Part shown: positions 25,401 through 38,726 of the stretch, in pieces
Layout of the letters: every line of letters starts with the position of its first letter
Numbering within the stretch: position 1 is the stretch's first letter
Assembly: GCA_004022145.1 (NCBI GenBank)
Contig: RCNU01000003.1
DNA: 64,000 nt
Reading direction: 5' to 3' (one strand)
From: Paecilomyces variotii
Taxonomy: Eukaryota
The notes under the pieces: generated by a model
The model's input: only the letters and a program-made list of their open reading frames with translations
Database searches by the model: none
Told to the model about the DNA's origin: nothing
Made by a program: the position numbers and the translations under genes

Positions 25401-26414
25401 ATGCCCGGCGAGGTCGAACGAGGTAGTCTTAATAATGGCTCCGGCAATGCTTCAGCTTACCCCAAAACTGCTTTGAACACAGTCCGTGTCTACAAGCAAA
25501 GAGGTAAGCAGATGAAAACAGCAGTTACTCAAGCTTAGGAGCTAACCCTCTATAAAGGCCACTACGATTACCGCACCGTGCACTCCATCCTCGCCTCGAC
25601 CTTCGTTTCGCACGTTTCCTTTATCATCAAAGATGAAGAGGGCGAACCGATACCGATGAACCTGCCACTGACGGCCGTTCTAGGTCGTTATGACCCAAAC
25701 AATCCATTACCAGAGGATGACGGGGACGAGGAACAATATATGCACCAGCAGGAATCAATGACCGATGGGCCGGCGGATCTCTATCTACACGGCAACGCAG
25801 CATCCTTATTGTGTAAAGCCATCAAGGAGAATGGCTCTGTACGCGTCTGCATCAGTTCCACCAAAGGTACTATCACCTATCCTTGACAACCAGCTTCCGG
25901 AGCAAACAGCTGACTCGACCGCCCAGTCGATGGAGTTGTTATGTTTTTCACTCCAAACGGACATTCATTAAACTATCGCTCAGTCGTCGTTCACGGCGAT
26001 GCGGAGCTTGTGTCGAGCCTCGAAGAACGCCGCTATGCTATGCATCTGCTCACCAATCACATGGTACGGCGACGCTGGTCAGGCACGAACCCCGTGTCCC
26101 CCTCGGCCGTTAAAAGCGTGCAAGTAATGCGCGTAAAGATTCGTAGTGCATCTGCCAAGGTTCGTGCATCGAACATAGGCAGCTTTGAACCAAGAGAAAT
26201 GGGTACTCGACAGGATGTCTGGACGGGTGTCGTGCCCTTGTATGAAGTCCTCGGGACACCAGTCAGCAGTGGCGGCTTTCCGGAGCGTGAAGTGCAAGAA
26301 CATCTGGAGGATTGGCGGTCAACAAGGAATGAAGCCGAGAAGAGTTATGCGGAGAGAGTGGCGATTCCGTCTGATGTGGAATTAAGCTCATGGCAGAAAG
26401 TCACGTCTGAATGA
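25401..26414 (+). CDS. Flavin-nucleotide-binding PNPOx-like protein (NimA/5-nitroimidazole-resistance-like), 2 introns
   Basis: YPKTALNTVRVYKQRG|HYDYRTVHSIL, LYLHGNAAS, HSLNYRSVVVHG, SASAKVR and VWTGVVP motifs. ATG at 25401. Confidence 0.85.
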
Positions 26415-26900
26415 AGCTTATGACCCACGAGTTGAAGAGTCAATTGTTGTTATGTTTTACGACTGTATTTCTACATCATCTGCAAGTGGTTTCTGTTAGC
26501 CGATACCAACTGCTGTAACGAAATTCATGCTGGCTGGGTCAATATTCCTACGTTTAAACGCAAATGCTAGTTTATGCCATATATTCGCAGTTGACATGGG
26601 TAATTCATTCGGTGTTGCCAACGACTAACCGAAAAAGAAGACAATCGTCGCTGGTGGAAAATGTAGTTATACTCTTGGAAGCGATATAGATGGATTCTAG
26701 ATGCTTTTTTATTGCTCTGAGCTTTCTAGTAAGTATACCATTAAATGTGGCACATATCGTGGCACAAGAAATGCCGGGGCAATACTGTACACACCATAAT
26801 ATTTATGTTCAAAGTAAGCTTCCTTAACTCTCTTTGTATAGACCCTCATGCATATGTGCTTCCTGTGAGGAAAATCTTTCCACTGTCACTCTAAACAGTC

Positions 26901-28819
26901 CTAATAGCCATTAGCCGGCAGCTTCGACCTATCTTGCAGGACCCCGTCCACACTGGCCATGACTGCGAGCAACTTCTCCTCTTGAAACCGCCTGCTCACA
27001 AGCTGCAATGATACTGGAGCGTCACAGTACTTTCGCGGTCCATCTGTTCCCTTGCCATACAGACTCTCATACCAAGCATCTATATCGCTTAGGGGCTTTT
27101 CGCTGACACGGGGGTATCTTTCCCACGTGTCTGTTTCCTTGACAGTACTAACAGGTAGCACTGCGGCACTGAAGTCCAAGGCGTTAAAAACAGAGCAATA
27201 ACCCCAGTACCGACTCTCATCATGTGCGGATGCGACGGATGGCCCGACGGGGCAGAGGATCGCATCGACCTGAGTCTGACGGAGCTGCTCAGAATAGAGA
27301 GTTCGGAGGCGATTACGTTCAGCATTTATCTGTCCTAGTCAGTTCTAATGCTTGTCCTTCCCGAAACAAATGCAAAAAGACCTACCAGCCACGACTCTTG
27401 AAGAGTGTACTCCTTCTTGGCCACGGTGTTTAGAATCCATTCTATTATAGGAACAGCAGGCTCTCCAGCTTCTTTCATCATCTCACGGTACTCCCTTCCA
27501 CCATCAAGGAAGTAAGCCTTGTTGATGCAGTCGATGAGTTCTGCATGATAATAAGGTTTCCATTCGATTATCGTGTGACCGGCTTGTCGTAACGCAACGA
27601 CCGCTTCCTGTAGTGCCCGGGAGACAGGGGGATGTGGCTGGACAATTCCATCATTCCACAGTACTCCAATAATCATCTTCTTCGGAGGCTCAAGATTTGC
27701 TTTCCATGGTATCTCAACAAGAGAAGGCTCGTGGTGCCAGGGCTCACTGTCTAGCACGACCTGACAGAACAGGTTTAAATCATCGATGCATGTTGCCATT
27801 GGGCCGCAGACACCGACGATATTCTCCATTCCATCATGAAGACCAGTGAGCCCACCGTGCGGGATTCTAGCTACGCTAGGCTTGATGCCGTAGATTCCAC
27901 AAAAGCCAGACGGCACTCGGATCGATCCTCCTAGAATTGTGTCAGCGGGAGTATTTCCTTCTGATCTCGTTATAATTAACATTTACCAATATCGGTTCCA
28001 ATCCCCAGAAGACTCCCACGCATTGCAATCAATGCTCCTTCTCCACCACTACTTCCGCCTGGCGTCAAAGCCGTGTTATGCGGGTTCACTGTTCGACCGA
28101 AGAGATTGCTGTCGGTCTCAATTGCCTGTATGGACTGGTTTTCAGTCCCCTCCCCCTGCAGAAAGTGTCGATAATATATGCATATTCACACTTACCATGA
28201 GAGTCTGCGGATTCGTCGTCTTGACATGAAACACCGCCCCTGCCTCTCGCAGGACTCTCACTAAGAGGGCATCCTCCGGGCTCATTTGGTCTGCCCACGC
28301 CATCAATCCCGACGTCGCTGGAGTACCAACAAGATAGACATGCTCCTTGACAGAAATAGGAAGACCATGTAGCGGGCCCTTGGGCTTTCCTTCAACACGC
28401 ATATACTCGTCCAGAGCAGCTGCAGCATCTAGCGCTTCTTTAAACATCACATATGCGAGACAATTGGTCTGCAAGTGTCGATAACTCAGTAAGACTTCTT
28501 ATCCTAGCCAGGGATCCTCAATTGATATGGAAGAAGTATTAGGTACACATCCCGCTTGGTGCGCGATTGCCGCTCTCTTGCAAAAGGCCTTTGTGACCTC
28601 CACGGCTGAATATGTTCCATCGTGGATCCGTCGCAGGAGTTCAACTGCCGTGTGTTCGGTGATACGAAGCTCTTGAGGAGTGAGAAGACCACATCGGTAA
28701 GGCAGGTCGATCAGTTTCTGTTGTGCCAGGAGGGTCGTGTCCACTAGGTATTCTGCAGGGATTCTGTCATAGATCTCTTTTCTACGATGCGCAGCGATAG
28801 TGCGCCAGTCTTCGGGCAT
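26901..28819 (-). CDS. Amidase-signature family enzyme (AmdS/acetamidase-like), 4 introns
   Basis: GPLHGLPISVK, KTTNPQTLM, PGGSSGGEG and GTDIGGSIRVP motifs. ATG at 28819 (MPEDWR). The first donor site is atypical (see findings). Confidence 0.9.
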
Positions 28820-29554
28820 TGCGAACCTTGGCGTTATAACGAAGTATGGGCTCAGTGATCTCCTATGATATTCAACGAGTGATAAAAGTGGCAAAGGGCG
28901 GAGAGCAAACTACATGAATGAATGGACTGATCAGACACAGGAGAATAAATTGTCAAGAATCGAGGTCCTCTAAGGATATTAAAACGTTCATGAAAAAAGT
29001 ACTGTACCACATCGCAGATGCATTCATGTCGTCCATGACCAAGCCTCAGTGTTCAGTAGGTACCAGCCGCTTTATGCGGACGCTCTATTCGCGAGCAATG
29101 GTCCATAATGTGGGCTGCTCCTTTTTGCCAAGTTACTCTCGGCTCATGTTAACGGGTCTATTCTAGAGCCCTATGAATCTGCTAGCTATCGACAGTTCAG
29201 TCGGTGGAGTAGGACGGCACAGAAATCGGCTTCTAGGGGCCAAATGTTATCAGATGGTGTTCTGGGAAAGGCGTGCCGAGGCCTCGTGTCGCCTTTCCCT
29301 AAACGATACACTGTCACGTGCTGCTCAATACAATGGCTTATGTGTTCTGTTTTTGGATTGGAATCAGTAGACCGAATATATATTCGCGATGTAGCATTAG
29401 AGAGACGACAGTGGTCCATTTGACGGATGGCAACCGGTCTACTTATGAAATATGTACCATATAGTGTCAGAGTGCAAGATCTAGGTTGACGCACAGCAAA
29501 TTACCGTTTTCGGGAAATTTCTGTGTACATTGACTGTGAATTCTGAGGCCAGCT

Positions 29555-31458
29555 CTAAATTAGAAATGCTCTCACTCCTAGGCATTCCATCGCGCGTCTC
29601 CAGTCCCAGGGGCCATTTCCGTCACCTTTAGGATGCGTCTGGCGCATCTCCCAGCATTTCTCCATGACCGAAAGTACAGTTGAAGTGTTCCCGAATTCGC
29701 GAGCGTCATCTCCCATATCAAGTATCAAATGCCGATATTCTTCTTGCAGGCCTGTCTCCAGGTCTACCATGCAGCCAGCCACGCAAAGTGGCAAAACTAC
29801 GCCTCTGATTGACTGGGGATCGTTGCTCACCTGTACCACATTGTACAATGCGGATAAGGTCTGCGACACAGAACTCTTTATCTCTGGCAGAGAGGGATAT
29901 GCCCCTGATACTGTTACATGCAGGTATACCAAGGCCCCACATGCGAAGGCGTAAGTAATCGCAGACTGAACAGCGCGCGTGGAGTTTCGCTGGTATTCTG
30001 TCACAGTTTCTGCCTCGAGTGCCCCGATTTCTGATTCTAGGCGTGATTGAATGGATTTCCCCTTCTCAACCAATTCCCAGATGCTGACGCCTCTGCCGTC
30101 AGTCACGAGCTCCTGCTTCCAGGCAGACAGGGCGGCTATCTGACCTATGGTCTCCATTGCCCAGGAGCGGCAGCCCATCACATTGGCAAGGTCAATACGT
30201 CCAGATCCGAGAAGAGAGGGGTGATGATGGAGAAGTCGAGGAGCGGTGCCTGTTGACACACAGGCAGCGATATCGAACCAAATAACTACAGCGCTGAGGA
30301 AATGAAGCGCTGCTTCCTCAGGAGATGGTGCAGAAAAGGGGTCTGCGGACGTATGAAGTTCTTCCCCATCCGGCGAGTGTTCCAGCTGTAACTGCCGGTG
30401 ATCTTCAATTGAGGAAATCAGTGCGGCAACGGCATTTACGTGCATCTGCCAATCACTAACACCCCCTTGGAACAACTACAGTCATCAGCGATGCCTATAT
30501 GGGGTGTCATCGGGAGTCATACTTGGAAGCTGATCAGTTGGACACCACAGGCAAGGATCTCGACCTGTCTGCCCAAGTCAGGGTGGTCAGTATCCATCTG
30601 ACTGGTTTGCAGACAAATCTGCAGTTCCTGTAGTGTCCGACCATGGTACTCATTGAGTTCATGCAACGTGGGACTGAGGCGGTTCCACGTCCCTGAAGAA
30701 TCTGCATTCTCTTTTCGGTGGAGGATCACATGTTGATGCAATGCGCTGAGACTCAGAGCAGCATGATAAAGAGGGCCTGTCCGGATGAGTAGCCAAAGCA
30801 GCCACCCTCTGCCACCTGTGCGAACGGACGGTGAATGGAACCGAAATTGCAGATGAAATACATGATCCAGGTAGTGCATCAAGAGCTCAGTTTCGCGGTG
30901 GTGCAGGATACGCAGTGGCGGAAGCACCGACTGCGGTAAATGGTGCTGTGATGGAGATCGAGCTGGAAGCGACAATTTAGCAGGGCAATTCGGCGTGTTG
31001 ACTTCAGGTATCAAACTCAGATATTCGCCATTGTAGTTACCGTCTGCATTATGCGAGGACAAATCCAGAGGGCTTTCTGGAGGATGTGAAACTGTCGGTG
31101 ACAAGTCCTCTCTTCTATCGGGCCCAGTCTTAGTAACTCGAGAAACGTTTCTATTATCATTTCCCTCCGTACTGTGCTGGTCAGATCCTGTTAATGGAGG
31201 TGTCTGGGGGCTAGCAGCAGAATGCAATTGCTGTGAGCGTAATCGTTTCTGGCGACGATTCTTCTTCACGCATTGCTTGATGCGCGCGAGTTCCGCACGC
31301 TCACGCTCGCCACCATCCATCCATTCCGGCCGTTGCCCATACCCATGGCATTGTATATTACGTGAGTCGCAGGAGAAGCAGACAGGAGTTGCCTCGTCGC
31401 ACTTCTTCCGCCGTAGACGACAGGTCCAGCAACCCTGTGCGCTTCGACCGCTCGTCAT
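29555..31458 (-). CDS. Zn(II)2Cys6 transcription factor with Fungal_trans_2-type C-terminal domain, 1 intron
   Basis: GCWTCRLRRKKCDEATPVCFSC...C binuclear cluster. C-terminal WFDI and MGC-W motifs. Confidence 0.93.
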
Positions 31459-32106
31459 GGACAATCGTCAACGGCTATGTATCGTACCCTTCGCGACCAT
31501 GAAGACCACAAAAGCGAGCAGATATCAGCCGTCTTGTGTCATGACATGATATTCGAGAATCACAATATTTGTTGGACGCTCAGGAGCTCCTGCTGGCTGG
31601 CTACTGGAGGTCACGTGACCTAGGTATTAATACAAGCAAGCTTCTCACCGCTTCCTGTATTTCATGCTGTTACTGGTCGGGTATGAATACTTGATAGCTA
31701 ATGTCGGGGTTGCTACTTATATATCCCTGGACCTGAATCCCAATGGCGAAGAAGAGTCGATGATCTCCGGATGTTTCTAGTCGCTTTGAAGCTCTATTCT
31801 GCTGATCACAATAAGCCAAATTTGCATTTACTCGTGTGTCGGCAGTTGAAGGCAATATTAATAGGCAACCCGGCATTTATTGCATCTGCTGAAGCCCCCC
31901 GTAAAGTTGACGACACTTTGGCGGGGAACATGCCCCGCGCGCTTGGTCAGCAAGTCGAAAACAATCGAAGTGATCAAGCTGTCCTGGCACGAATTTGCTG
32001 GCAATATGATATCCCTCTAACTGCTCCCCTTATAAGGCTTCCGTAGTTCCCATTGAATCCTGCAGACTTCATACTCACGCTCTATTCTGCTTAGACAGGG
32101 CTCGTC

Positions 32107-33125
32107 ATGACGAAGAAGATTGGTGTCTTTCCCGCTTCTGGCGGCCTCGGCGGTAGCATCGTCAAACATATTCTCGAGCTGGTTCCTGCATCCAACCTTG
32201 TCTTCATTGCTCGACACCCCGACAAGCTAGCAGAAGTCAGCGCTGCTGGAGCGACGGTCCGCAAAGCCGACTATGACGACCCTTCTTCTCTCCACCGTGC
32301 GTTCGACGGTATTGGAGTGCTGATGTTGATTTCGTACGCGTCATTCGAGTATGAGTACCGCGAAAAGGTGAGCAGCGATGCGACCAACAAATGAGACTTC
32401 TCGAGATGGTTTATTGATGTATACGAGAAATACAGGTACACAAGATCGCCATAGATTCTGCCCGCCGTAGTGGTGTCGAACACATTTTCTATTCGTCTTT
32501 GGGCTTCGGCAAGGGCCTTTCCAAGGAGACCGTCGCATACGTCATGAAGGCGCATATAGCAACAGAGGCCTATCTCGACGAGGTTGCTAAGGAGAACAAG
32601 AATAGATTCACATACACTGCCATTCGCGAAGGTATCTATTCAGAGTCGTTCCCTATCTACACCGCCTGGTTCGACCCTAAAAATCCGGCTGATGAAATCA
32701 CCATCCCACACGACGGTTCCGGTCCTGGAGTAGCCTGGGTAAAGAGGGATGAACTCGGCGAAGCGACAGCTAAGCTGATCGCGCAGTATGCGAAGAACCC
32801 GGAAGCGTTCCCATACTTGAACAAGACTATCCTCCTCTCTGGAGCACGTGTTCTCACGCTTGCTGAGACGGTGGAGATTCTTGGTCGCATTGTTGGAAAG
32901 CCTCTTCGCATTCGACAGATTTCTGTTGACGAGTACACCGCCCTGCCTCAGATTGGCGACCGTCACACCTACAAAGGCGTAAATCTCTCCAGGGAATGGA
33001 CGACAGCGTGGGAAGGTATCCGTCGGGGTGAGACAGCAGTTGTTGATCCGTTGCTGCAACAAATCTTGGGAAGGGAGCCTGAGGACTTTGAAACCACTGT
33101 GAGAAAGTTAATAGCTTCTAATTAA
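32107..33125 (+). CDS. NmrA-like / atypical SDR NAD(P)-binding protein, 1 intron
   Basis: ASGGLGG Rossmann motif, VRKADYDDP, HIATEAYL, IREGIYSES and RDELGEATA. Confidence 0.9.
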
Positions 33126-33974
33126 TGAAACCTCTGCCACTGTGCTCTGTATTTAGCGCGGCAGTTCCCTCCTGTATATAGAAAGTATAACGTCACCAAC
33201 AATCACCGTCCACTTTGCGCCAGTCGTGTTCTACTATATATCCTTCCTTCCAACTGCCAGTATGCAGATTATTCAGAGCAACGACCTAGACTTTGTGCTC
33301 ATTCAAGCTTCGTTAATGGCATAATATGACAGCGCTGTAAGCAATCCACCGGGCTTTGGCTCTTCGGTGACTGCCTTATCTCCGAGACCCTTAATGGGAC
33401 TATTACTTTGAAAAACAAACCAACAGTAATAATATACATTTGGAAATCTTGAAACAGCCCTAGACAGCATATTGGCTTCAATAATTCGTATTTTCCAGTT
33501 ACACGACAACTGTTTGAACTAGCCCCCATAAGATCCAACTAATTTCCAGTAATTAGTTAACTACTCTTTGACTTTTACATAATCCAGACGAGGTCAAATC
33601 GTTTGGTATCTCCAAAACAATGCTCAGTTGGCAAGGGCATGGCTTCCCCAAAATAAAACTCTGAAAACGCAATAGGTAATGCGAATAGATGATTTCAAAT
33701 CCTTCTCCTGAAAACTCCGCTCCGAACGGAACTATGTAACATAATGCACCGAACCCCCGAAGGACCGGTCTATGGAGCGAACCTACTGGCCGTTATTTTA
33801 TGCGGAGATCCTTGTGGGGTAGTAGGTATCCTAGGAATGGTGCTGCGTACACTTAAGACGTCCAGGTCTTTCCATCTCAACTCGATTGAAAGTCAGATAA
33901 AAGACGTTATTTTGAGGATATTACTACTAGCACATAATAAGAAAATTAGCAGAGACTTGGTTGGAAATTCCACG

Positions 33975-35749
33975 ATGGTATCCATTCCCACGATCCTTCT
34001 CAAGGGCGGCAACTTGCTGGCTCATGAGGGAACGAAAGTCCAAGTTTTGAAGGGATACGACCTACTTATCGAGGGTAAAGAGATTCGCAAAATCGCGAAG
34101 GGGATCACTGCCCCTGCGGGAGCGAGAGTGGTGGACTGCGCAAATAAAATTGTTTCGCCGGGCTTTATCGATACTCATCACCATCTGTGGCAGAGTCAGG
34201 TAAGGATAGGATCAAGTTGCTTCCTTCCTTTGTTATTTTCGACCTCTATAGCTCTACCCTTGGTCTGTCTTCGAATATGCATTGCCAACTTCAATACTAT
34301 AACTAGCATCTGACGAAACTCTTGTTGTAGCTGAAAGGACGCCATGCAGACCACAGCTTCATTGATTATATGGTCCATGGTACGACCTAGGAAAAGCCTC
34401 CTTGTGTCTTCATCGACATCATATGTTTATACGTGATACGTACTCACTTCTGCCTACCAGGTAACTTGCACTCCTACAACTATAAGCCAGATGATATCTA
34501 CTGGGGTCAGCTTGCAGGATCCCTAGAAAGTCTGGATGGCGGCGTGACGACAGTGGTTGATCATGCGCATATGATCTACTCTGCAGACCACGGTGAGCAT
34601 CATCGACTGCTTGTTCCGCTACTGGGCTATAGAGGATTGACACTTCTCAGCAACCGCTGCCATCAACGCATCAGCCTCATCAGGGCTGCGGACATTCTTC
34701 TGCTACAATGCGATCCCTCGTGTGAAAGAATGGTCTAGTTCAAAACTCGAGTACGAGGAAGAGTTGTTTCCTGAATGGTGGCACACGCAGCTTGACTCTC
34801 TGGCACGTTCACAGCCCTTCGGAGATGGGCGTGTCTATTTAGGATTAGCATTTGATTCGTGGACATTACCCAAGAAGGAGATAGTCGATTTGTGGACCAA
34901 ATGTCGAAAGTCGGGTATCAAGCTCTTCACGACGCACTACGTTGGCAATGCCACAGGGGGCAAGTTTCTGTTCGTCCAAGTTCCTAGTAGGTCTCTAACC
35001 GTGTTCCAGTCGATGTGAAATGGATGTCCGAGAGTGAACTACTGAAAAGCGATGTACTGCTATCTCATGTTACGCGCGCGCCTGACGAAGTCTATGAAAT
35101 CATTCGAGAGAACGGGGCCTTCGTCTCTTCTACCCCAGACACAGAACTTCAAATGGGGCTTGGATATCCCGTCGCGTTTCGCGACGACATCAAGTCCAAT
35201 GCGTCCCTGGGTATTGACTGTCACAGCAACAATTCTGCTGATATCTTGACCCAAATACGACTAGGCATGCAAAATGCTCGCGCAGTCGAGAATGAGAAGC
35301 GTGTCCGCAGTGGAGGCTATCCCGCTGTGGATATTAAAGTCGAAGAGGCTTTCAACCTGGGGACGATCCAAGGGGCGAAAGCTGTCGGACTGGAAAACCA
35401 GATTGGAAGCCTTAGTGAGGGAAAACTGGCGGATATTGTCATTTTTGAGACGAGAAGTCCAGCCATGGTCTGTGCCGCAGAGGAAAATCCCCTTGCTGCA
35501 CTGGTTCTACACGCAAGCGTCAGGGACATCGATATGGTTATTGTCGACGGCAAGATTCGCAAAGAAAACAAGAACCTCAATCCACTCGAGGTCCAAGGGG
35601 CACCAAAATTTGGGTCAGGGAAGCAAATCAGATGGGAGGATGTTGTCCAGGAAGTGCTCACGAGTCGTGAGGCCATCAAGAAACGCAGCGAATCTCAGAG
35701 TGCGGATGTTGCGAAAGAAGCGCTCTACAGGAGATTCTCTGGTATGTAG
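33975..35749 (+). CDS. Amidohydrolase family metallo-deaminase (MTA/SAH-, AtzA/TrzA-like), 4 introns
   Basis: SPGFIDTHHH metal motif, GVTTVVDHAH, STPDTELQMG, LGIDC and IGSLSEGKLADIVIF. ATG at 33975. Confidence 0.9.
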
Positions 35750-36788
35750 CCAAGCTTGAGAAACATTTTATTCTGGAGCTCGCAAGAAGCTGTTGGCGAG
35801 ACAGAAAATTCCCATCTAGCTAGGCTTAGAATCGAGCATACCGGACGAGCACTCGAAATAGTACCTTGAAAAGCTCGGCAGTCAAAAGAATATCCTGTAC
35901 TTTGCTCAAAGAATCGGGCGCAGACTGCTTTCATTCAAAAGTACATACATGCAGGCAGTGTAGCAGACGCAGATTATGTGTGCAAAGTTGAAAGAATGCC
36001 CTCAAAGAAGCTTTCTACCCCAAAGACAAGGATCCATCCTAGATGCATCACGACTCCTGACCCAAAAAGTGGCCAAATAGACTAGGATAAACTAGAATAT
36101 TTGGTCAAGGAACGCTTATCATGCCGATAGCGTCGCGTATTCGGACTCCGTCCGGGGCTTGATTGTGAGGGGAAACTTGGCAAGAATCCTCCATTATTAT
36201 TGCCAGGATCAACAGTCACCTTCCAGACATGGGTTAGACGGGTGGATCGTCTCTTGGATGTTGTGAGATCTGTTCCTGAATATCAGCCAAAGAACTCCTA
36301 CGGGCCGTGCCTTGGACTTGCTTATGGTGCCGCTTATCCTTCAAGCCAATGCGTTTCTGGCGCGCTATGTAACTGCGCAATCCTCCAGGCCGCGGCTGCT
36401 AGCAACGGCAGCAGTTCTAGCTCCCAGAAGAAGTCGCAACGTTCTCGAATTCTCCTTGTTCCAGATCCACTTTCTTTCTTGACCAGAATGCCTATTCGAC
36501 AACCTTGAGATTGGCTCTTCTAGATAACGGAAAGAGTGGCGGGCTTAGAGCCTGCGCGGGGATGGACTCCGTTGTATTGACAGGGACGGTGCCTCTATCG
36601 CGGGCCCCCAGGCATGGTTTACGGAGTATGTACGACGACAGCGAAAAGAGCTAAACATACGCTGCGGGTCCTGTTATCGCGTGCTCATTATCTCACATTC
36701 TTATAGGGAGCACACCCCCGTGGGTTCCTCTGTCAGGCACTGCGTCCATTGGAACCTGGCCAGCGCTGTCGTGATCGTGTAGCTCGCC

Positions 36789-38726
36789 ATGTTTACTCGA
36801 CTTGGTCGCGGCGCTCTGTCGCTGGCTGTTGTCTCCCTCCTCACCTCGTCAGTTGCCGGAGAGGTGTTGGAGAAGCTGCGCGCAGTTCCTGAAGGTGTGT
36901 TGTTCCTCCCTTGATCTTACTACTCTCTGGGAATAGCTATTGACCAAACTTGTCAGGGTGGAAATTCTCTCATGTCCCTGAAAATGACCAACCCATCCGG
37001 CTTCAAATTGCCCTGCAGCAGAAGGATGTCGACGCCTTCGAGCAGGCCGTCCTGCAGATGTCGACGCCAGACCACCCCAACTACGGCAAACACTTCCAGT
37101 CGCACGACGAGATGAAGAGCATGCTGCTTCCTAGCAGCGAGGCCGTTGATGCGGTCATGGATTGGCTGCATGCTGCCGGTGTTAGCGACATTGAAGAAGA
37201 TGCCGACTGGGTCAATTTCCGGACCACTGTCGGAGTGGCTAACGAGCTCTTGGACGCACACTTCCAATGGTACGTCAGCGACGTTCGTGATGTCCACAGA
37301 CTCCGTACCCTGGAGTATTCGGTCCCAGATGCCGTGGCCCAGCATATCAACATGATCCAGCCAACGACACGCTTCGGGCATATTCGTGTCGAAGGAGCAA
37401 CGTCCAGGGGGGAGCTCATTGGCCATGACGCGCAACTCAGAGCCTACGCTCTTGCCGCATCTAATGCAACCAATTGCAACGCGGTGATCACTCCTCAGTG
37501 TCTGAAAAGCCTGTATAATGTTGGTAATTACAAAGCGGACCCCGCTAGCGGCAGCAAGGTTTCTTTCTCCAGCTACCTCGAAGAATATGCCCGCTATTCA
37601 GACCTTGAGCTGTTTGAGAAGAACATTGCCCCTTACGCTATTGGCCAAAACTTTTCTGTTATCACCTACAATGGGGGTCTTAATGACCAGAACTCGGCTT
37701 CCGACAGTGGTGAGGCCAATCTGGATCTGCAGTATATCGTTGGATTGAGCTCCCCACTTCCTGTGACCGAGTACAGCACTGGTGGCCTAGGCTACCTCAT
37801 TCCCGATCTTGATGAGCCAACTCAGGCTGACAACCAGAACGAGCCGTATCTGGCCTTCCTCCAAAACGTCCTGAAGAGGGACCAGAAGGATCTGCCCCAG
37901 GTCCTTTCCACGTCGTATGGCGAGGATGAACAGGTGAGCGATCCGTTAGCAACAAACGTTGAAGAACTTTACTGACAGAGTGCAGAGCGTTCCTGAGAGA
38001 TACGCCCGCTCTGTCTGTAATCTGTATGCTCAGCTTGGCAGCCGCGGTGTGTCGGTTCTCTTCTCGTCTGGTGATAGCGGCGTCGGGTCTTCCTGCCTGA
38101 CCAATGATGGCAGGAATCTAACCAGGTTCATGCCCCAATTCCCAGCAAGCTGCCCATGGGTTACCTCCGTTGGTGCAACGCAACACGTTGCTCCTGAGGA
38201 AGCCACCTTCTTCTCTTCTGGCGGTTTCTCCGATCTGTGGCCCATGCCAGATTATCAGCGTGGTGCTGTCGCTGCGTATCTGGCACAGCTTGGAGATAAG
38301 TGGAAGGGTCTGTATAACCCAGGTGGCCGTGGCTTCCCTGATGTGGCTGCTCAGGGCGTAGGATATTCGGTCTATGACAAGGGTGTTCTCAAGGGCTATG
38401 AGGGCACGTCCTGCGCCTCGCCCACCTTTTCCGCATTGATCGCTTTATTGAATGATGCACGTCTCAAGGCCCATCTACCTCCGCTGGGCTTCTTGAACCC
38501 ATGGATCTACAGTGCCGGTCGTGGTGGTCTCAACGACATTGTCCATGGTGGCAGCACTGGCTGTGACGGCCACGCTCGCTTCAACGGTGCACCCAACGGC
38601 GGCCCTGTAGTCCCATATGCCAGCTGGAATGCCACCAAAGGCTGGGACCCCGTCACCGGTCTAGGCACCCCGGACTTCTCGAAACTACTGAAAATTGCGG
38701 TTCCAAGCCGAATCGGTGGTCGTTAA
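36789..38726 (+). CDS. Secreted tripeptidyl-peptidase (sedolisin, S53), 2 introns
   Basis: Signal peptide, pro-kumamolisin prodomain, EANLD catalytic E/D, SSGDSG oxyanion motif, GTSCASP catalytic Ser and [11 protein letters not shown]. Confidence 0.95.

Noticed and set aside
33744-33974. Upstream in-frame extension of the amidohydrolase ORF
   Set aside because: Family-like sequence begins at MVSIPTILLKGG (33975). The extension looks like promoter/UTR.
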